Positions 26,185-30,832 of a stretch of DNA of 30,832 nucleotides are shown here, piece after piece. The DNA comes from Candidatus Hermodarchaeota archaeon (lineage in GTDB: Archaea; Asgardarchaeota; Hermodarchaeia; Hermodarchaeales; Hermodarchaeaceae). The translations under genes and the position numbers were made by a program. The stretch's first letter is position 1, and every line of letters starts with the position of its first letter. The notes beneath the pieces are model-generated. The model was not told where the DNA came from, made no database searches, and saw only the letters and a program-made list of their open reading frames with translations. The stretch lies in NCBI GenBank assembly GCA_016839365.1, contig JAEOUH010000031.1:1-30832 (forward strand), given 5' to 3'.

Positions 26185-29112
26185 CTAGGTCGACCGTACC
26201 GTCAGATAGAAGTATTCTGTTTCTGTGTGCACACCATCAACGACGATGCGTAACTCGATGATAAATGTTGTCAGCAGGACTCCTGGTTCAAGGTTCTTCG
26301 CGTGAATGGTAATGGATCCACCCATCAGGTCCATGGGATACATAGTAGACAAGCCTACATTATAGAGGTAGACACCACCAGAATAGGATGGGGTCACATT
26401 GGCACCATGATAATAGATGTCAAAGTTTGACCCATAGGTGGCGAGTTGAATGACCACATCGTTTGTCGTCGTATTCCCGTTCTTGACAAGATAGCTTAGT
26501 GTCGAGTTTTCCCCCACATCGATATCAAAGGGATCAAGAGTTGTTTCTACAAAATTAACCCCAGTCACGGTTTGGTTGTACCCAAAGAAGAATTGTGCAT
26601 AAGCTTCCGCTGCTGTTGTTCCATAGGCGACACGATTGATATCCTCCGCATCCACCATGCCAATAAACACCAATGTTTCGACAAGGGATTCCCCTTGCGC
26701 TTGTTCTGCGTACACAGGAAACAGGTACACTAGAGTGCCACTGAGTGTCATCAGTAGTCGATTGCCGATACGGTAGGGCTGAATCAACACAAGGTCTGAT
26801 CGCGCTTGCTGTTCAAAGCTGTCAACAGCAGGGTCCACACCGAATACAGGGCTTATTGGTACTGCTGTATTAGGGTCTATTGAGCCCGTTCGTGCAAATA
26901 CTCCCGTTCCTACATCCGGTCCATTCTTGAAGAGGTAGAAGCCGGCCATTTTCTGTGCTTCGTGGCGAATGTATCGCACGGCTTGATAACCGACCCAATG
27001 AAGGCTACCATTGAAAGGATACAGTACATAGTGTACATCGGGTTGGCTATTGGGCTTTTCAAAGAAGTCGGAGTAGTTCCGCCAGACCCAAGGTTCGGTG
27101 ACATGGTAATAGAAATCCACTGCTAGTTGGAAATCGATTAGGTTTTCAGGGTACCGAAGTTGATCTTCCAGCCAAACTGGGACATCTTCCCAGGGATACC
27201 AGTTCTCATATAGTGACTCTATGAAGAAATTACCTGGATCAGCATTAGGGTTCCGTACCCAGGTGATGTCTCCGGTGCCACAGTTAATAACAGCGAACCC
27301 TAGCAGCCGCAGATACGAGGATTGAGCGTATTGGAGTTGCAAGGGATAGCCACTAAAGATTGGTACACAGTAATAGGCTTCTCGGTCAAGGCGATTGAAT
27401 ACTAGATACGGGTCATAATCGGTGTACATGAATGGCAATAGGATTGCCCGAGTCCTTTCTTGAATATCACGATGCATAAGCAGTTTAGCCGATGGTTCGC
27501 TGAAGGCTAGCCATGTAAAGCTAAAATCTTCGATACTCCAGACAAGCTTTTTGAGAGCCAGTTCTGGACCCGTCAGGATATAATCTGGGTTCCCTTCAAA
27601 GCTATACACACCTGTTTCAGGAGCGATAGTGGTGTCAACCAAAACAAAGCCCTCAAAACCATTGTTAAACTGGCTTGGTGGGCCCTCGCCATAATATATT
27701 GGCATATTAGCGTTGACACCGAAAATGCTGAAGAACTGGCCTGGAGTGAGAAATTCACCGGTGGCGCTGCTGGCATCGAGGGCTGAAGCGCCTTCAGCGT
27801 GGGTGTAGAGGATGTATTCCTTGTGAAAGTCATCGCGGCTGGGTGGGGTAAGAGAGTAGGGGGTTATCCAATATTCGCGACCCCCAACATAGACAATGTC
27901 GCTGTCCGCTAGTGACATCCAGTTGGCGATGGTTTGACTACGCATCTTGTTCCGGCTAGCTTCAAAGTCCCACAGTCTTGCATGTCCAAGGACTTCGCCA
28001 TCCGAGACCCCAGAATTAGTAACAAGTTGTTCGTAGGGAAGTTCACGGACACCTGGTCCACCAGCCCAATTGGTGAATTGTATTTCTTTGGTCACAAGTG
28101 GGTCCCAATGCCAAGGTTCCCACATTTGCCCTTGGATGGGGCCTGCGACAAGATATCCTGTGTAGAGAGCGGGTCCGACAACTAAGGCGATGGTGATTAT
28201 GCCTAAGCCTACGATCACGCGGCGGTTCATCCGGGGTACTTCACCGGCACGACCGTATTTTCCAAAGATGGTGAGACCGAAGGAGATGCCACAGATAACG
28301 GCAAAAAAGATGAAGAGAATGAGGATTTGAATGACGAAGAATTGGGTGCCAACATCTACTTCGATATATGGAACACCGAGAAGAATCCAAAGTAGACCTA
28401 ATACAACGACGAAGCTAATTGATGTGAGAACTCGGACTTCTGGGTACTCGGTGGAGCGTCCGATACGCCCGAAATAGTGAATGAGGTCAAAAATAACTCG
28501 CACTCCAATGATAACGAGAAGTAATGTCATAAAGGTGAAGAAGATCGTGTATTGCACTTCAATCGTTGAGATAAGTCCTGCAACCACTTCAGCGGGAACC
28601 ATGGGATTGAAAATGAGTTGAAAAACCTGAGAAACTTGGCTCCAATCACCTACTCCGGAGGCTGAGCTTTGAAAGAGTAAGGCTAGGTACCGCATGTTCT
28701 CAGTAAAGATGAAGGTTAACAGCAAATAGGAGCCGACAAAGAGTAGGGCTTTCCATGCCACAACCATATACCGGGAAGGAACTCGTCGGCTACTGATGCG
28801 GTCACTCATGTAGATGAGATTTAATGTTTTAGATTCCCAAGGCAAGCCAACAAAAGTAATGATTAATGCCATGGGGACACCAACGAAGAAGAGTAAGCCG
28901 TTTAAGGAGTAGGTTGCCCACCAGGACACTCCTGCTTTGTTCAGATACATGACGTCCAGCATTTTCCAATCTAGCAAGATGTTCTGTATGCCAAAGGCTG
29001 CAACTGCAATCACGCCAATGATGATGAACAGAACAATGAGTATAACAAGAATTTTGCGTCGAGATGTTCCGATTGTTATCATACGTCGTCTTTCATAGTC
29101 CAAATCCAACAC
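26185..29112 (-). CDS. UPF0182 family membrane protein
   Basis: About 7 N-terminal TMs, then RLWD, YTH, IYYGE, DPYLV, RYPE and YHVT motifs; alternative start ATG 29082. Confidence 0.9.
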   Translation of the reverse strand: MLDLDYERRRMITIGTSRRKILVILIVLFIIIGVIAVAAFGIQNILLDWKMLDVMYLNKAGVSWWATYSLNGLLFFVGVPMALIITFVGLPWESKTLNLIYMSDRISSRRVPSRYMVVAWKALLFVGSYLLLTFIFTENMRYLALLFQSSASGVGDWSQVSQVFQLIFNPMVPAEVVAGLISTIEVQYTIFFTFMTLLLVIIGVRVIFDLIHYFGRIGRSTEYPEVRVLTSISFVVVLGLLWILLGVPYIEVDVGTQFFVIQILILFIFFAVICGISFGLTIFGKYGRAGEVPRMNRRVIVGLGIITIALVVGPALYTGYLVAGPIQGQMWEPWHWDPLVTKEIQFTNWAGGPGVRELPYEQLVTNSGVSDGEVLGHARLWDFEASRNKMRSQTIANWMSLADSDIVYVGGREYWITPYSLTPPSRDDFHKEYILYTHAEGASALDASSATGEFLTPGQFFSIFGVNANMPIYYGEGPPSQFNNGFEGFVLVDTTIAPETGVYSFEGNPDYILTGPELALKKLVWSIEDFSFTWLAFSEPSAKLLMHRDIQERTRAILLPFMYTDYDPYLVFNRLDREAYYCVPIFSGYPLQLQYAQSSYLRLLGFAVINCGTGDITWVRNPNADPGNFFIESLYENWYPWEDVPVWLEDQLRYPENLIDFQLAVDFYYHVTEPWVWRNYSDFFEKPNSQPDVHYVLYPFNGSLHWVGYQAVRYIRHEAQKMAGFYLFKNGPDVGTGVFARTGSIDPNTAVPISPVFGVDPAVDSFEQQARSDLVLIQPYRIGNRLLMTLSGTLVYLFPVYAEQAQGESLVETLVFIGMVDAEDINRVAYGTTAAEAYAQFFFGYNQTVTGVNFVETTLDPFDIDVGENSTLSYLVKNGNTTTNDVVIQLATYGSNFDIYYHGANVTPSYSGGVYLYNVGLSTMYPMDLMGGSITIHAKNLEPGVLLTTFIIELRIVVDGVHTETEYFYLTVRST

Positions 29113-29253
29113 CGTTCAAGAAATTTTTTATTTTAGTTTACCCTGCGAATAAAATGGAGGTTCAGGTTTAAGACTTTTGAGTAGCCACTAGGGAGATAAG
29201 AGTTGCAAAAGGGTTAAGTTCATCAATTTCAAAAGGCTGCCTGAAGCAGTGGA

Positions 29254-30078
29254 ATGAATATGAGGCAAAAACTAGTCGTCTCGGTTTCAGGTAAGGGCGG
29301 TGTTGGTAAAACCACCATCACAACCCTCCTTCTGCGTACATTACTTACTCATACCAAACACCAACTCCTGGTTGTCGATGCGGATCCAGTGATGAATCTG
29401 CCTGCAATGCTCAATATTCCAGTTGAGATGAGCGTGGGGGAAGCTGCTACTCAGCTTCGTGTTGATATTGATGCTGGGACCATCCCAGCAGCTGCTTCAA
29501 AGCAGGACCGTTTGGAGGGTGAGGTGTACGAAGCATTAATCGAAGGCGATCGATTCGATTTTCTAGCCATGGGGCGCACTGAAGGTGAAGGATGCTATTG
29601 TTTTGTTAATCGGGTTCTCACCCAGATCCTTGATACCATTACAGCGAACTATGATGTTACACTTCTAGATATGTCTGCAGGCCTTGAGCATCTGAGTCGG
29701 CGGACAGACCGCAACGTCGACGTCCTCTTGATCGTCATTGATTCATCGAAAATGGCGTTTGATGCGGCGGTGCGTATTAAAGAGTTAGCAAAAGAAGTCC
29801 ACATCGAGTTTAAACGCATCTGGGTAATTGCTAACCGCTTTCCCCCTGCTAAGATTGAGGAACTAGCCAAAGACCTTGAAAAACGGTTAAACAATGAGGA
29901 ACTTGAATTGGCAGGAATCGTGCCTGCAAATGATCAGATCGCTGAGTTCAACCTGAAGGGAGAATCACTTCTAGAACTGCCCAATGATAATCCTGCAGTG
30001 CTTGCAGTCGATAAGATTGCTAGACGTATTGGGCTGCTAAGTGAAGAACTGCTATTGGAATTACTGGGTCGCTCCTAA
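29254..30078 (+). CDS. cooC: CooC/AcsF-type nickel-insertion ATPase
   Basis: SGKGGVGKTT, DADP, GEGCYC and D..AGLEHLSR. Confidence 0.9.
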   Translation: MNMRQKLVVSVSGKGGVGKTTITTLLLRTLLTHTKHQLLVVDADPVMNLPAMLNIPVEMSVGEAATQLRVDIDAGTIPAAASKQDRLEGEVYEALIEGDRFDFLAMGRTEGEGCYCFVNRVLTQILDTITANYDVTLLDMSAGLEHLSRRTDRNVDVLLIVIDSSKMAFDAAVRIKELAKEVHIEFKRIWVIANRFPPAKIEELAKDLEKRLNNEELELAGIVPANDQIAEFNLKGESLLELPNDNPAVLAVDKIARRIGLLSEELLLELLGRS

Positions 30079-30198
30079 TAGCTTTAGCAGCAGCCCTCAA
30101 GATAAATGCCTGACAAACCGGGTAATCACAAGTCTTTTCTAAAGGGACAACAAGGAAAAACAGGACATTGAGGGTATTAAGCAAAGTAGTTGGTGATT

Positions 30199-30832
30199 AT
30201 GCCTTCTGAGATTTTTCTTGTTCAAGGAGATAATCGAGCTAAAGCAATCTCCCAATTGTTTGATCAATTTAACTTGAAACAATTTTCTAAGAAACAGATT
30301 GCCTTAAAGGCCAACTACAACAGCGCTGACCCCTTTCCTGCCCAAACCCATCCTGAAACCCTGAAGTTACTTGTGAAGGGACTACAGGATGCGGGAGCGA
30401 AGGAAATCGTGATGGGAGAACGAAGCGGAATGGGAGACACAAGAAAAATCCTCGAGAAAAGCGGGATAATAGACCTTGCTAAGAAACTGAAATTTACAGT
30501 TACCGTACTAAACGACTTACCCTTTTCTGGTTGGTTGCACTTCGACTTAGAGAACTCACATTGGAACCGAGGATTCCTGTTTGCCCGATTGTTCATCGAT
30601 GCCGATGCGATTATTCAAACCTGTTGTTTAAAGACCCACCAATTCGGTGGCCATTTCACACTTTCCTTAAAGAATTCCGTTGGAATGGTGGCACACTACA
30701 ACCCCCAAGATGGCTACGATTATATGAATGAACTGCACGGCTCCCCACACCAACGAGAAATGATAGCGGAAATCAACACCGCTTATGAACCTGCCCTTGT
30801 GCTCATGGATGGAACAACCGCTTTTGTGAAAG
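30199..30832 (+). CDS. DUF362 family protein, partial
   Basis: Not in the ORF track. ATG 30199 follows GGTGA; IALKANYNSADPFPAQTHP, GERSG and LKTH..GHFTLSLKN; open to the window end. Confidence 0.88.
   Translation, partial: MPSEIFLVQGDNRAKAISQLFDQFNLKQFSKKQIALKANYNSADPFPAQTHPETLKLLVKGLQDAGAKEIVMGERSGMGDTRKILEKSGIIDLAKKLKFTVTVLNDLPFSGWLHFDLENSHWNRGFLFARLFIDADAIIQTCCLKTHQFGGHFTLSLKNSVGMVAHYNPQDGYDYMNELHGSPHQREMIAEINTAYEPALVLMDGTTAFVK

Noticed and set aside
1-30832. CRISPR array, tRNA, rRNA or IS element
   Set aside because: No regularly spaced repeats, cloverleaf, rRNA-like sequence or transposase seen by eye.

Overview
Archaeal chromosomal window, very probably from an Asgard archaeon. This is an inference from a Rab-like GTPase coupled to a longin-domain gene, GGTGA/GGAGG ribosome-binding sites, a C-terminal IPGFP-TM-basic sorting signal and a short eukaryote-type eL41. 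It holds about 28 genes: a CPBP protease (partial), a coiled-coil protein coupled to a Cys-rich secreted protein, a longin/Rab/Ig-like cluster, a GNAT, two HEAT-repeat proteins, two large surface proteins, a low-GC phage-type HNH endonuclease, an ICMT-family methyltransferase, a QueG-like Fe-S protein, a Xer-type recombinase, a TPR-nitrilase fusion, two DUF362 proteins, a ChrB/PaaX-like protein, UPF0182 and CooC. Two tiny genes are not properly captured by the ORF track: a 23-aa eL41 and a 25-aa acidic Trp-repeat peptide. The most interesting items are the longin-Rab-Ig module, the TPR-nitrilase (possible defence effector), the eL41, the acidic peptide with its structured leader, an alternatively folding GC-rich leader at 3.4 kb, repeats and a skew switch around the HNH gene, and dif-like repeats upstream of the recombinase. 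No rRNA, tRNA or CRISPR array was seen. All family calls come from motif recognition by eye, not from database searches.
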